Assembly (NCBI GenBank): GCA_046582655.1
Contig: JAYGDX010000185.1
Coordinates: 32,001 to 96,000, forward strand
Length of the DNA stretch: 64,000 nucleotides
From: Candidatus Poribacteria bacterium
Lineage (GTDB): Bacteria > Poribacteria > WGA-4E > UBA9662
Direction: 5' to 3'
Part shown: positions 40,415 to 50,827 of the stretch, piece by piece
How positions within the stretch are numbered: position 1 is the stretch's first letter
Layout of the letters: every line of letters starts with the position of its first letter
The notes under the pieces: model-generated
What the model saw: the letters and a program-made list of their open reading frames with translations, nothing else
Databases searched by the model: none
What the model was told of the DNA's origin: nothing
Position numbers and translations under genes: made by a program

Positions 40415-41989
40415 TTGGATCTGAAAAAAATAACCCACCAGCTTCAGGCCAAAGATGCAACGCTTTGGTCTGAAGATCCTGATGTACAGACAAAGATTCG
40501 CAATCGGCTTGGTTGGTTAGATTGTGTCGACCGGATGCAGACCTTTCTACCTGAGATTGAAGATTTTGTTGCGTCTGTCAGATCAGATTTTGATCGCATT
40601 ATTTTGCTAGGTATGGGTGGCAGTGGCCTTGCCTCTGAGGTATTTGCAGCCACCTTTGGCTCGGCGACAGGTTATCCGGACTTAACAGTAGTTGCTACAA
40701 CGGATCCTGCTACGATTCTGAAGATTGACCGGGAATTCGATTTAGCGAAAACACTCTTTATTGTTTCAACTAAGTCGGGAAATACAATTGAAACTCTTTG
40801 TCTTTTCCAATATTTCTATCAACGGTTGGATAAGAAAGGTGATCATTTTATTGCAATTACCGATCCGGCTTCAAACTTGGAAAAAATCGCAGATGAATGT
40901 TGTTTCCGGCAGACGTTTCTAAATCCAGTTGATATTGGGGGGCGGTATTCTGCCCTGTCTTATTTTGGACTTGTACCTGCTGGATTGATTGGCGTTGACT
41001 TGCATCAATTATGGAATCATGCGAAGCAGGTTGATATCGATGGATCAGTGGAATTTGGAGTACAGCTTGCAGCGTATGCTCTTGCAGGTCGTGATAAACT
41101 GACTCTTCTCGTGTCACCCAAGCTGTCTGCATTTGGATACTGGATTGAACAGTTGATCGCTGAAAGTACCGGTAAGCAAGGTAAAGGGATTGTGCCGATT
41201 GAAGGAGAAAGAATTGCCGACCCTTCGTATTATGAGCAAGATAGGGTTTTTGTGTATATCCGTTTCAATGATGAATTGGATGATCAAATCAGAAATATTG
41301 AAAGATCCGGCTTACCAGTTATCCAAATTGAATTTAATGAGATCTATTATCTGGGCCGTGAATTCTTCCGTTGGGAGATTGCAATAGCAATATCTGGAGC
41401 TATAATGCAACTCAATCCGTTTGATGAACCAAATGTTACTGAGAGCAAACGCATGACTGGGGAGCTCCTTGCCGCTTTTCCTGAAGGTGGTAAATTACCT
41501 GAAGAAACACTTGCATTTGAAATAGAACAGATTAAAATTTATATTAATTCTTCTTGGTCAGAATCAGCAACAGGTTCAATTAGCGAATGGGTTGAACAAT
41601 TTCTAGGTCAGGCGCGACTTGGGATTGATTACATTGTGGTACTTGCCTATATCCCAGAGGATAAAGAGACACTTCAGTCTGTTCAAATGGCCATTCGCGA
41701 TCGTTTCAAAATTGCCACAACTATCGGTTACGGCCCACGTTATCTGCACTCAACTGGTCAACTTCATAAAGGTGGATTTAACAATGGGATCTTTTTGCTG
41801 ATCACAGTTGATGATTTGGAGGACGTAGAGATTCCACGCGTGTCTTATAGCTTTAGCAAACTGAAAATGGCGCAGGCATTTGGAGACTTACGAGCGTTGT
41901 GTCGTAAAGATCGACGTATTGCTAGAGTTCACATTTCTGGCGATTTAAGTCAAGGGTTAGAAAAATTAAAGGAGATGATTGCACCATGA
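40415..41989 (+). CDS. pgi: Glucose-6-phosphate isomerase (type resembling the PGI moiety of Tal-Pgi proteins)
   Basis: RLGWL, GMGGSGL, STKSGNTIET, IGGRYSALS, EQLIAESTGK, NPFDEPNV and GPRYLHSTGQLHKGG. Start uncertain (TTG 40382 lies inside the upstream hairpin). Confidence 0.85.
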   Translation: MDLKKITHQLQAKDATLWSEDPDVQTKIRNRLGWLDCVDRMQTFLPEIEDFVASVRSDFDRIILLGMGGSGLASEVFAATFGSATGYPDLTVVATTDPATILKIDREFDLAKTLFIVSTKSGNTIETLCLFQYFYQRLDKKGDHFIAITDPASNLEKIADECCFRQTFLNPVDIGGRYSALSYFGLVPAGLIGVDLHQLWNHAKQVDIDGSVEFGVQLAAYALAGRDKLTLLVSPKLSAFGYWIEQLIAESTGKQGKGIVPIEGERIADPSYYEQDRVFVYIRFNDELDDQIRNIERSGLPVIQIEFNEIYYLGREFFRWEIAIAISGAIMQLNPFDEPNVTESKRMTGELLAAFPEGGKLPEETLAFEIEQIKIYINSSWSESATGSISEWVEQFLGQARLGIDYIVVLAYIPEDKETLQSVQMAIRDRFKIATTIGYGPRYLHSTGQLHKGGFNNGIFLLITVDDLEDVEIPRVSYSFSKLKMAQAFGDLRALCRKDRRIARVHISGDLSQGLEKLKEMIAP

Positions 41990-42774
41990 AAAAAGGAATT
42001 TGTATAGGAACTTTACCGGGCGGTTCGATTGAAGACCGGTTTAAACTGGGAAAGGACGCGGGGTTTGATGGTATTGAAATCGGCACGCTTGAAAATGATG
42101 GTGATCGGCAGAACTGTAAGATGCTTGCGAATCAGGCTGGTATAGATTTGTTTAGCGTTATGAACGCTAAACACTGGAGTTTGCCGCTCTCTCACCCCGA
42201 TCCGGAAGTTCGTGCCGATTCGGTTCAAGGTGTGATTGATTCTCTTGACACAGCAACTGTCATTGGTGCTAGTACGGTCTTACTCGTTCCCGCAGTTGTG
42301 AATCCTGAAATATCATACGAGGATGCTTATAGCAGATCTCAGGAAGAAATTAAAAGTTTGATATCTGTTTCTAAAGAGAAAAATGTAAAGATCTCGATTG
42401 AGAATGTGTGGAACAAGTTCTTGCTGAGCCCCATTGAGTTCGTCAACTACATCGACGAATTTGAAAGCGACTGTATCGGTGCCTACTTCGATGTTGGTAA
42501 TATTTTGCTATATGGTTATCCACAACATTGGATCCGTTCAATTGGTGGTCGAATGGATAAGGTTCACATCAAAGGGTTTAATGCCAACGGGTTTCGTTGG
42601 ACGGGATTAATTGAAGATTGTTCAATCGACTGGAATGCAGTTATGACAGCGCTTTCTGATATCGGTTACGATGAGTACATTACCGCTGAATTGGGCGTAG
42701 ATCAAAATGATCCCATTGGAGGCACGCATAAAATTAGTCAAGATATGGATCGGATTATCGCTGGAGAAGTTTAG
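41986..42774 (+). CDS. Sugar phosphate isomerase/epimerase (AP endonuclease 2 TIM barrel)
   Basis: AGFDGIE, IENVWNKFLLSP, YFDVGN and VHIK. Confidence 0.88.
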   Translation: MKKGICIGTLPGGSIEDRFKLGKDAGFDGIEIGTLENDGDRQNCKMLANQAGIDLFSVMNAKHWSLPLSHPDPEVRADSVQGVIDSLDTATVIGASTVLLVPAVVNPEISYEDAYSRSQEEIKSLISVSKEKNVKISIENVWNKFLLSPIEFVNYIDEFESDCIGAYFDVGNILLYGYPQHWIRSIGGRMDKVHIKGFNANGFRWTGLIEDCSIDWNAVMTALSDIGYDEYITAELGVDQNDPIGGTHKISQDMDRIIAGEV

Positions 42775-42778
42775 CAAA

Positions 42779-43807
42779 ATGATGATGAAGTCGCGTTTGC
42801 AGGAGATACTTGGTGGGTTTGGTGATAGCAAAATTTTGGTTATTGGTGACTTCTATCTAGATGCGTATTGGATAATCGATAAAACGCGTTCGACCCTTTC
42901 GCTTGAAACGCCTTGGCACACTTCACCTGTTGTGGATCAACGCTATAGTCCCGGAGCGGCGGGTACAGTTACCAACAACTTGAATGCGTTGGGAGTTGGT
43001 TCAGTCTATGTGGTTGGTGTAATCAGTGAAGATGGTTTCGGTACAACACTAGTTAACCAGCTCAATAAAAATGGTTGCATCACTGACTTTATGATTAGTT
43101 CCTCTGACCGGGTTACCCCAACTTACCTGAAACCGATCCATCGCGGCTATGAAAATGTAGCGGTTGAATCCTCTCGTTTTGACATTGAGAATCTAGTGCC
43201 ATCATCACGTAATCTGGAAGACCAAGTGATTGAAAACTTAAACGCGTGTGTTCCTCTGGTTGATGGTATAATTGTAGGAGATCAAATGCCTTACGATAAT
43301 TTAGGAGTAATCACTGACCGGGTTCGTGAGGAGATTTGTCGTCTTGCTATTGAACTTCCTGAGAAAATCTTCTATGCTGATTCACGAACGCGGATTGGTC
43401 GGTACAAGAACCTCGTTATTAAACCGAATCGGTTTGAAGCAAAACGAGCGATTGAACCGGAATGGGCTGGCGAGGACGTGAACATCGACGAAGTTAAAGA
43501 AATTGGCAAAACTTTATTGTCGCATACTGGTCAGTCACTTTTTATCACTGTTGGGTGTAGCGGTATCGTGGTGTTCGACGGCGATGAAATCAGCCACGTG
43601 CCTGGCATCCCCGTTGAAGGTCAAGTTGACCCTGTTGGCGCAGGTGATAGTGTCTCAGCTGGATTGGTGACATCGCTCTGCTGTGGTGGAAGTTACATCG
43701 AAGCTGCAATTATTGGGAATCTTGTGGCTTCAATCACTATCACCAAGATTGGTACAACTGGTACCGCCTCGCCTGACGAGGTAATTAATAGATTCCTGTC
43801 ATTGTAA
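42779..43807 (+). CDS. PfkB-family carbohydrate kinase (RfaE/HldA kinase-like)
   Basis: ILVIGDFYLDAY, PGAAGTV, KPNRFEA and DPVGAGD. Confidence 0.85.
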   Translation: MMMKSRLQEILGGFGDSKILVIGDFYLDAYWIIDKTRSTLSLETPWHTSPVVDQRYSPGAAGTVTNNLNALGVGSVYVVGVISEDGFGTTLVNQLNKNGCITDFMISSSDRVTPTYLKPIHRGYENVAVESSRFDIENLVPSSRNLEDQVIENLNACVPLVDGIIVGDQMPYDNLGVITDRVREEICRLAIELPEKIFYADSRTRIGRYKNLVIKPNRFEAKRAIEPEWAGEDVNIDEVKEIGKTLLSHTGQSLFITVGCSGIVVFDGDEISHVPGIPVEGQVDPVGAGDSVSAGLVTSLCCGGSYIEAAIIGNLVASITITKIGTTGTASPDEVINRFLSL

Positions 43808-43810
43808 AGA

Positions 43811-44575
43811 ATGGATCTTTTAACTGCAATTCATCAGCGACGGAGTCATCGTGGTGATTTTGAGAGTAAACCAATTTGTCAAAAGCATCTTGATCAGCTG
43901 ATAGAAGCTGCTCGATGGGCACCTTCACCATTTAATGTTCAGCCTTGGAAATTGTTGATTATACTTGATGTGGAAAGCAAGAATACCATTGCGGATCTAA
44001 CACAATCGGCAATAACCGAACAGCTTAAGGATGCACGTTTTCTTGATGACAATAGCCGTTGGGTCCGATTGTCTGATGAGGAATGGATGGACAAGAAAGA
44101 CGGTATTTTACTCTCCGATCATCTGAAATTGCCTCCACCTTTTGAACGAAATCTAACCAGAGCAAAACCGATACTAAAAAACGCAGGGCTTCTTAGTTTT
44201 TTAGGTCATATGAAAGCAGGTAGAATACCTGCAAAAGAGATTTCAGACCAGATTAGAAATTCGCCGATTCTGATTCTAATTGTAATGGACTATCAGCGTC
44301 GACCGCCGGGTGATGGCAGTCAACGTTGGATGTGGCTTGGAATGGGAGCCATGATCCAGAACCTCCTGCTTACAGCAGCAGCATTAGAAATTGGCGTTCA
44401 GTTTGTCAGTGCTCCAATTGAGCGTGCCGAGGATCGAAAGACACTAGGCGAAGTTTTTAATATGCCACCGTCCTGCGAAATTATATCTCTTCTCAGAGTC
44501 GGGTATGCTAAGCAGATTAATCAGAAATCTGTCCGGTTAGATCCCTCCGAATTTGTTTGTTACGAAAGTTTCTGA
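43811..44575 (+). CDS. Nitroreductase family protein
   Basis: IHQRRSHR, ARWAPSPFNVQPW and QNLLLTAAALEIG. Confidence 0.88.
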   Translation: MDLLTAIHQRRSHRGDFESKPICQKHLDQLIEAARWAPSPFNVQPWKLLIILDVESKNTIADLTQSAITEQLKDARFLDDNSRWVRLSDEEWMDKKDGILLSDHLKLPPPFERNLTRAKPILKNAGLLSFLGHMKAGRIPAKEISDQIRNSPILILIVMDYQRRPPGDGSQRWMWLGMGAMIQNLLLTAAALEIGVQFVSAPIERAEDRKTLGEVFNMPPSCEIISLLRVGYAKQINQKSVRLDPSEFVCYESF

Positions 44576-44582
44576 AAATGAC

Positions 44583-46100
44583 ATGAATCCAGGAAAAGTT
44601 TATCTCGTTGGCGCGGGGCCAGGTGACCCGAAACTTATTACGTTGAGAGGTATTGAGTGCCTCCAAATAGCGAATGTCGTCATCTATGATTCTCTCGTCA
44701 ACCAGATTTTACTGGATTTTTACGCACCGACAGCCGAAAAGATCTACGGCGGCAAAATGAAAGGGGAGCAGGAAAGACGCCAGGCTGAGATTAATCGTCA
44801 AATGGTTGATTACGCTAGAGCGGGCAAGACGGTTGTTCGGCTTAAAGGTGGAGATCCCTTTGTTTTTGGTCGTGGCGGTGATGAGGCGTTAGTGTTGGCT
44901 GAAGCAGGAATTGATTTTGAGATTGTCCCCGGCGTGACTTCGGCTACTGCTGTGCCTGCTTATGCGGGTATTCCAGTGACAATGCGAGATTATGCTTCAT
45001 CCTTTGCCGTGGTAACAGGCCATTCCGCAGCATTAGATTCTACTTCGCCAATTGGTTGGGAAAAGATTGCGACCGGAATCGATACCATTGTAATTCTAAT
45101 GGGAGTTGGTCATCTGGATGAAATCACCCGGAGGCTAATTGAGAATGGTAGATCCCCGCAAACGCCAACTGTCCTAGTGCAATATGGAACAACACCGGAA
45201 CAGAAAACGATTGAAGGCACATTAGCTGATATTACACAGAAAGCTGAAGAAGCTAATTTTCAATCGCCTGCCGTGATTGTTGTGGGGGAAGTTAACCGTT
45301 TGCGCAAACATCTGAAGTGGTTTGAGCAAAAGCCACTTTTTGGCCGAAAAATTCTCGTGACACGGGCTCGCGCGCAATCAGCTAATTTTGTTAGTAAACT
45401 TGTGTCCCAAGGGGCGATGGTGTTATCATCTCCAATGATAGAAATAGTTCCAATTGATCAGAATTTAGCACTTGATCAATCGATAGATGGCCTTTCTGAT
45501 TATGACTGGGTTGTTTTCACCAGTACAAATTCGGTCAATATTTTTCACCGTAGGTTGTGTGAGAGAGGAAAAGATTCACGTTCATTTGGTCCTGTGAAGA
45601 TCTGTGCTGTTGGGGATAAAACGACACAGGCACTGCAGCAGATTGGTATCTTGCCGGACTTTGTACCTTCCGAATCTTTGGGATCCGTAATCGCAGAGGA
45701 GATGAAAGATGTTGCTCACCAAAGAATTCTGATACCTCGCTCACGAATTGGTCGTCCAGAATTGTCAGATAGCTTGCGTGAGCGACAAGCGATAGTGGAT
45801 GATATGCCGATTTATGATACTGTCAAAGTACAGGGCGAAGAACAGAACGAAATGTTAGAAAAGCTGAAAAACGGTGATATTGACATGGTAACTTTTACCA
45901 GTTCCTCTACGGCTGAGAATTTTTTAAACATGCTAGATGAACCACAGTCATTAATGAAAAACGTCCGAATTGCAGTTATCGGTCAATCAACGGCTAGAAC
46001 TGTTATGATGCATGGTTTAAAGTATGACATTATTGCAGACCAACCATTGATTGAGAATCTTGTTGATAATATTGTTGAATTTTATCGCGTTAATAATTAA
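44583..46100 (+). CDS. cobA: Uroporphyrinogen-III C-methyltransferase / uroporphyrinogen-III synthase fusion (CobA-HemD)
   Basis: VYLVGAGPGDPKLIT and RLKGGDPFVFGRGG, followed by HemD motifs ILVTRA, VFTSTNSV and FTSSST. Confidence 0.94.
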   Translation: MNPGKVYLVGAGPGDPKLITLRGIECLQIANVVIYDSLVNQILLDFYAPTAEKIYGGKMKGEQERRQAEINRQMVDYARAGKTVVRLKGGDPFVFGRGGDEALVLAEAGIDFEIVPGVTSATAVPAYAGIPVTMRDYASSFAVVTGHSAALDSTSPIGWEKIATGIDTIVILMGVGHLDEITRRLIENGRSPQTPTVLVQYGTTPEQKTIEGTLADITQKAEEANFQSPAVIVVGEVNRLRKHLKWFEQKPLFGRKILVTRARAQSANFVSKLVSQGAMVLSSPMIEIVPIDQNLALDQSIDGLSDYDWVVFTSTNSVNIFHRRLCERGKDSRSFGPVKICAVGDKTTQALQQIGILPDFVPSESLGSVIAEEMKDVAHQRILIPRSRIGRPELSDSLRERQAIVDDMPIYDTVKVQGEEQNEMLEKLKNGDIDMVTFTSSSTAENFLNMLDEPQSLMKNVRIAVIGQSTARTVMMHGLKYDIIADQPLIENLVDNIVEFYRVNN

Positions 46101-46119
46101 GTGGTTGGGGAAACTTAAA

Positions 46120-46581
46120 ATGAGTCGTAGTAGAATTAAAATTTTCATTGCCAGTGGCATTCTCGCTTCTTCATTGATATTGTTGGTCTTTGTCGGTGTG
46201 AAAAATACCAGTCTACAGCATTTTAAGCCTGAACAACTAGTAATCCGGGCTCAGGAAGTTCATCAAAAGGGAGTTCAAATAGACGGGTTTATCGCGGAAA
46301 AATCAACACGTTGGGATCCCGGTAATTTTCAACTGTCCTTTATTATCCGTGATGCGGCAGATACTGCACGTGTCAATGTCGTTTCGGTTGATAGGCTCAA
46401 GCCTGACAATTTTAAAGATGGTGGAAATGTTTTTGTTGAAGGACGATACAATGCGGATCAAAATCTGATTACCGCCTCAAAGATTCAGACAAAATGTGCT
46501 TCGAAGTATCAGCAGGCGGAAAGCGCATTGGCAACTCAGGAAGTGTACCAAACAGAGACGAAGGTTACGCAACAGAACTAA
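46120..46581 (+). CDS. ccmE: Cytochrome c maturation heme chaperone CcmE (CxxxY variant)
   Basis: N-terminal TM anchor, KPDNFKDG..VFVEG and TKCASKY. Confidence 0.88.
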   Translation: MSRSRIKIFIASGILASSLILLVFVGVKNTSLQHFKPEQLVIRAQEVHQKGVQIDGFIAEKSTRWDPGNFQLSFIIRDAADTARVNVVSVDRLKPDNFKDGGNVFVEGRYNADQNLITASKIQTKCASKYQQAESALATQEVYQTETKVTQQN

Positions 46582-46603
46582 ATTTACTCAGGAATAACGG
46601 ATT

Positions 46604-48646
46604 ATGGCATCAGAGATTGGTCAGGCTGCAATTTGGCTTGCCGTTTTTTCAACCCTATGGGCAATTGGGATGCTTTCCATTGGATTGCGAAATAGGAATA
46701 ATAACGCAATTATCAGTGGGAGAAACGGTGTCGTTGCAACTTTTGGGTTAATTAGCATAGCCGTGGCTGGATTGATTTATGGGTTTCTCACAGATGATTT
46801 TTCTATACGTTATGTTGCGGAGGGCTCGAGTTTTTATCAGCCGGTACTATACAAAATTGCTGCCCTGTGGGGGAAAATGTCTGGATCACTGCTGTTTTGG
46901 TTGTGGCTGATTGCACTTTTCGGCACAGTTTTTGTTTGGCAGAATCGTCGTGCGACAGACCGTCTTACTGACCATGCCCTAATTCCTATCTCCATAGTTA
47001 TGCTTTTCTTCATTATCCTTGTTTCAGGCTTAATTAGAGGTGTTTATAATCCCCTTTCTAGATTTCCAAACGGAGGTGTTATACCCGATGGTGCAGGGAT
47101 GAATCCCTTACTCCAGACGCCAAGTATGGCCTTCCATCCTCCAATACTTTACATCGGGTTTGTCAGTTTAACGATACCTTTTGCGTTCGCGATTGGAGCA
47201 TTAATGTCTGGTAGGATTGATAATGATTGGATCATTAGATCTCGAAGATGGACACTTTTCTCCTGGTTGGCATTAACAGTCGGAATTACACTTGGCGGAA
47301 ACTGGGCATACCGTGAGCTGGGCTGGGGAGGCTATTGGGCTTGGGATCCGGTAGAGAACGCATCACTTATGCCGTGGCTTCTATGTAGTGCTTATTTGCA
47401 TTCAGTTATGATCCAAGAAAAGCGAAACATGCTTAAAGTTTGGAATATAATCCTTATGGTTCTTGCCTTTGAATTCACAATTCTTGGTACATTTATTACT
47501 CGAAGCGGGATTATCACCTCAGTCCATGCCTTTGCTGAAGGGGATATCGGAATATATTTCATGAGTTTCATCCTCCTATCCATATTTACTATCGCTGGTT
47601 TAATTGTTTTCCGTTGGGAAGAATTGAAAAGCCTGAATTGCCTTGAGTCCTTTTTATCTAAGGAAAGCGCCTTTGTTTTGAATAATTGGTTGTTTGTTGC
47701 TCTAACGTTAATAGTCCTGTGGGGAACGCTTTGGCCGATAATTTCTGAGGCAATGACAGGCCAGAAGACTGCAGTACCGGAAGAGTTTTTCAATAAAACA
47801 GTCATTATTCCAGGATTAATGCTTTTGTTTCTAACGGGAGTGGGGCCAATTATCTCTTGGAGAAAACTGACCTTAAGTAACCTTAAGCACGTGTTCTCCA
47901 AGCCAATTATATCGGCCTTGATCTTGCTAATTCCTACGGTTATTTATTTGTTTCTGAATGGTAAAACCCTTGTAGAAACTCGATCTATCTACACTATACT
48001 CTGCATGTTTTGTGCCGTTTTTGTTTTGGTAGCCATTGCTGATGAATTCTATCGTGGAGGCAAGTTAAGGTCAAAGCGCCACGAAATCGGTTTCCTTAGT
48101 GGATTAATTAGGCTGATCAAACGAAATAAGAGGCGTTATGGAGGATACATCGTTCATGTTGGTATTGTTATTGTTTACATTGGTATTATGGGATCAAAAG
48201 GTTACTTCCTGCTTGAATCGAAAAGCGTAACTAATGGACAATCAATCGAGATCGGAAAATATCAATTAACTCTTAACAATGGTTTTCAAGAGAAGTTTCC
48301 AAACTTTGTACTGGCTGGTGCGTATTTTGATGTGAAGAAAAACGGAAAACACATTAAAACAGTGCAACCTGCTCGTGGTTTTTATTTTCAGGCGGGACAG
48401 GGGGAGCAAGATACGATTGAGTCGGCAATTACCCATTTTGGTTTAGATGATCTCTACATTGCTCTGGGGCCACTGCCGCAAAATGCCGCTGAATATGTAT
48501 CCAGAGGAGAACCAGTTTCAGTTCAGGTATACCATAATCCGTTGATTAGTCTGGTGTGGATTGGTGTTGCTATCATGTTTGCTGGGGGGTGTGTGGCGAT
48601 GTTAGAAAAGAACTATAAAGACAGCGAAAAGCTGATAGATGCATAG
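46604..48646 (+). CDS. ccmF: Cytochrome c heme lyase CcmF
   Basis: GMNPLLQ, HPP, WAYRELGWGGYWAWDPVENAS and SVHAF. Confidence 0.96.
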   Translation: MASEIGQAAIWLAVFSTLWAIGMLSIGLRNRNNNAIISGRNGVVATFGLISIAVAGLIYGFLTDDFSIRYVAEGSSFYQPVLYKIAALWGKMSGSLLFWLWLIALFGTVFVWQNRRATDRLTDHALIPISIVMLFFIILVSGLIRGVYNPLSRFPNGGVIPDGAGMNPLLQTPSMAFHPPILYIGFVSLTIPFAFAIGALMSGRIDNDWIIRSRRWTLFSWLALTVGITLGGNWAYRELGWGGYWAWDPVENASLMPWLLCSAYLHSVMIQEKRNMLKVWNIILMVLAFEFTILGTFITRSGIITSVHAFAEGDIGIYFMSFILLSIFTIAGLIVFRWEELKSLNCLESFLSKESAFVLNNWLFVALTLIVLWGTLWPIISEAMTGQKTAVPEEFFNKTVIIPGLMLLFLTGVGPIISWRKLTLSNLKHVFSKPIISALILLIPTVIYLFLNGKTLVETRSIYTILCMFCAVFVLVAIADEFYRGGKLRSKRHEIGFLSGLIRLIKRNKRRYGGYIVHVGIVIVYIGIMGSKGYFLLESKSVTNGQSIEIGKYQLTLNNGFQEKFPNFVLAGAYFDVKKNGKHIKTVQPARGFYFQAGQGEQDTIESAITHFGLDDLYIALGPLPQNAAEYVSRGEPVSVQVYHNPLISLVWIGVAIMFAGGCVAMLEKNYKDSEKLIDA

Positions 48647-49121
48647 ATTCAGGGACCTCCTCAGTCTAGTGTTAGCATGCGGATTATCTATACCACCAAT
48701 TTATGCTGATGAACGGACGCTTGAAGATCCAGTAATTGAATTGTCGGAAAGTGTCTACTGTCCTTGTGGCTGTGTTCGTGAAACAATTCGGGCATGTGTT
48801 TGTGGGACGGCACAAGGTATAACGCAGGAGTTCCAAAATCGACTGCGAAATGAAGAAACTATTGAGGAAATTCGAGAAGATTATCTAGGAAAATATGGAA
48901 CACAATTCAATGCCGTAATGCTGGCAGAAGGATTCAACATAGTTGCTTATGTAATCCCATTCTTTATTTTGGTTGTCGGACTTGGTATTGTGGCCATTGT
49001 AATCACTCGTTTAAAACAAGGAATCAGAGAGCCTGCCAAGACTACCTCGGCCAAAATAGATCGGGCCCAATTTGATTACCAGCAAATTGAAGATGAGGTT
49101 GAACGCTACAAACGGGATTGA
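48639..49121 (+). CDS. ccmH: CcmH-like cytochrome c biogenesis protein (Cys-rich variant)
   Basis: Signal peptide, VYCPCGC...ACVCG, 'IREDYLGKYG' and a TM helix. Overlaps the end of ccmF. Confidence 0.72.
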   Translation: MHRFRDLLSLVLACGLSIPPIYADERTLEDPVIELSESVYCPCGCVRETIRACVCGTAQGITQEFQNRLRNEETIEEIREDYLGKYGTQFNAVMLAEGFNIVAYVIPFFILVVGLGIVAIVITRLKQGIREPAKTTSAKIDRAQFDYQQIEDEVERYKRD

Positions 49122-50532
49122 TGAAAGTTTAACTAATAAACAGCGGCTATTGCTAGATCTTGCTCGTTGGTTGCTGATTGTTTTTTGTTGCCTTGCTGTT
49201 GGTATTCTGCTTGGTGTTACTTCTGAATCTCCTTTAATGGTGCTGGTTGTCTTAACGGTAATCGGTGTTTTTGTTTTTCTGTGCATGGACCTCGCATTCT
49301 ATGCGATTATGCTGTTCCTACCGTTTTCCTTCCGATATATTATTCCCGGTAGAGGTTTTGAAGTTCAAACTCCATCTGAGCCCCTTTTGGGAATGCTTGT
49401 TGTAGTGTTTCTGGTTCAGAGGATTTTTGAGCGTACTACTTTCAAAACTAGTGCGAGTGACGATAAAAAATTTCCATTTGCTCTGCCTATAACCATATTT
49501 ATCATCGTCACTATTCTGTCAGCGATCAATTCACCTGAAACTTTGGGATCAATCAAGGGCGCAATTCGAGCAAATGTCTATGTCATGTCAAGTTTCCTAA
49601 CATTCCTGTTGATCCGATCCCGCCAAAGTCTTCAATGGTTGTTCTGGTCTATCTTTTCGTCAGCCGCTGTAGCAGTAATCTGGACAGTTATCATTTTAAT
49701 TTACAACATTGATCTATGGCAGTGGACTAGTGCTTATCGTGGATCCCCGTTTACTAACTATTCAGTCTTTGGCGGTTACACAGCTATCTTTTTGTTGATT
49801 GTCTTAAGTCGTTTGTTACTCGATCGAACGTCGTATGATAGAGTGTTTTGGTCGGTGCTGTTGGTAATATTTACCGCTGGTATTCTCCTATGCTTTTCAC
49901 GCGGTGTTTGGTTATCTTTAATTATTGCAGTTGGATTTTTGTTGGTTAATTTGTCGCAAGCCGAACATCACAAAAAAATATTGATTATTGGTAGTGGTTC
50001 TGTTTTTCTTCTCACTTTATTATTGTTACCAAGTGCCTCTGACTTAATTACAGAAAGAGTTTCAACTTTGTTTGATCCTCAGTTTGCATCGAATCGGTCG
50101 CGGCTCCTCCGCTGGGCACAGGCATTGTTGATGTTTACAGAACATCCAATTATTGGTAACGGATATGGTGCTTTTGCCATGCTTTATCAGGAGGATGTTG
50201 CCTTGACTGGTGAATACGTTGCTCAATTCCAACTTGGCGTGCACAGCGAATATATGCAGATTCTAGCGGAACAGGGCAGTCTTGGTCTTATTGCATGGTT
50301 CTGGGTGATCCTAGCTTTCTTTCGATTCGGTGTACGGGCACTACGCCGTATCAGGGACACTTTTTTTCGTTCTTTGGTTTTAGGTATTATGGCGGCCGAA
50401 CTGTCACTCCTAGTTCATTTTTTGGTTAATAACCTGTTAAACGGAGATGCTATTGGTATTCCGTTTTGGGTGCTCTATGGCTTGCTTCCTGCTGTCGTTG
50501 GAATAGCGGAGCGTGAAGTTAAAGCGACTTGA
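49093..50532 (+). CDS. O-antigen ligase (Wzy_C) family membrane protein
   Basis: Polytopic; FSRGVW, SNRSRLLRW, HPIIGNGYG and HSEYMQILAEQG. Start uncertain. Confidence 0.85.
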   Translation: MRLNATNGIDESLTNKQRLLLDLARWLLIVFCCLAVGILLGVTSESPLMVLVVLTVIGVFVFLCMDLAFYAIMLFLPFSFRYIIPGRGFEVQTPSEPLLGMLVVVFLVQRIFERTTFKTSASDDKKFPFALPITIFIIVTILSAINSPETLGSIKGAIRANVYVMSSFLTFLLIRSRQSLQWLFWSIFSSAAVAVIWTVIILIYNIDLWQWTSAYRGSPFTNYSVFGGYTAIFLLIVLSRLLLDRTSYDRVFWSVLLVIFTAGILLCFSRGVWLSLIIAVGFLLVNLSQAEHHKKILIIGSGSVFLLTLLLLPSASDLITERVSTLFDPQFASNRSRLLRWAQALLMFTEHPIIGNGYGAFAMLYQEDVALTGEYVAQFQLGVHSEYMQILAEQGSLGLIAWFWVILAFFRFGVRALRRIRDTFFRSLVLGIMAAELSLLVHFLVNNLLNGDAIGIPFWVLYGLLPAVVGIAEREVKAT

Positions 50533-50557
50533 CATGCTGACATCTTATGTTAAGATG
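50529..50557 (+). promoter_or_regulatory. Putative promoter overlapped by a perfect inverted repeat (candidate operator)
   Basis: TTGACA at 50529-50534 and TAAGAT at 50551-50556. CATCTTA-tgt-TAAGATG palindrome at 50541-50557. Confidence 0.45.
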
Positions 50558-50827
50558 GGAAATTGAATGTTTGGTCGTAAAACGAATAATGCCAGAATAC
50601 AGGTTTTGGTGTTCTTATTTATGATTCCATGTCCGTTTGCGAGTATTAACGGAAACCGAAATCTAGTAGGAAATGTTAGGCAATATCATGACATTTTCTC
50701 CTTATAGAAAACCATATGCAATTTGTGAAGGATCAAATGTAAGATATTGGATGTTATATGTCCAGCTTTGCGCCGAGAAATGCTATCTCGGTTTTTTTTA
50801 TGACAGTTTAATGGAAGGAGCGTAATT

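Noticed and set aside
43811..49121. Other TGA-terminated genes (nitroreductase, ccmH) as further Sec readthrough candidates
   Set aside because: Each is followed by another in-frame stop within one or two codons, and neither has a Cys-motif context.
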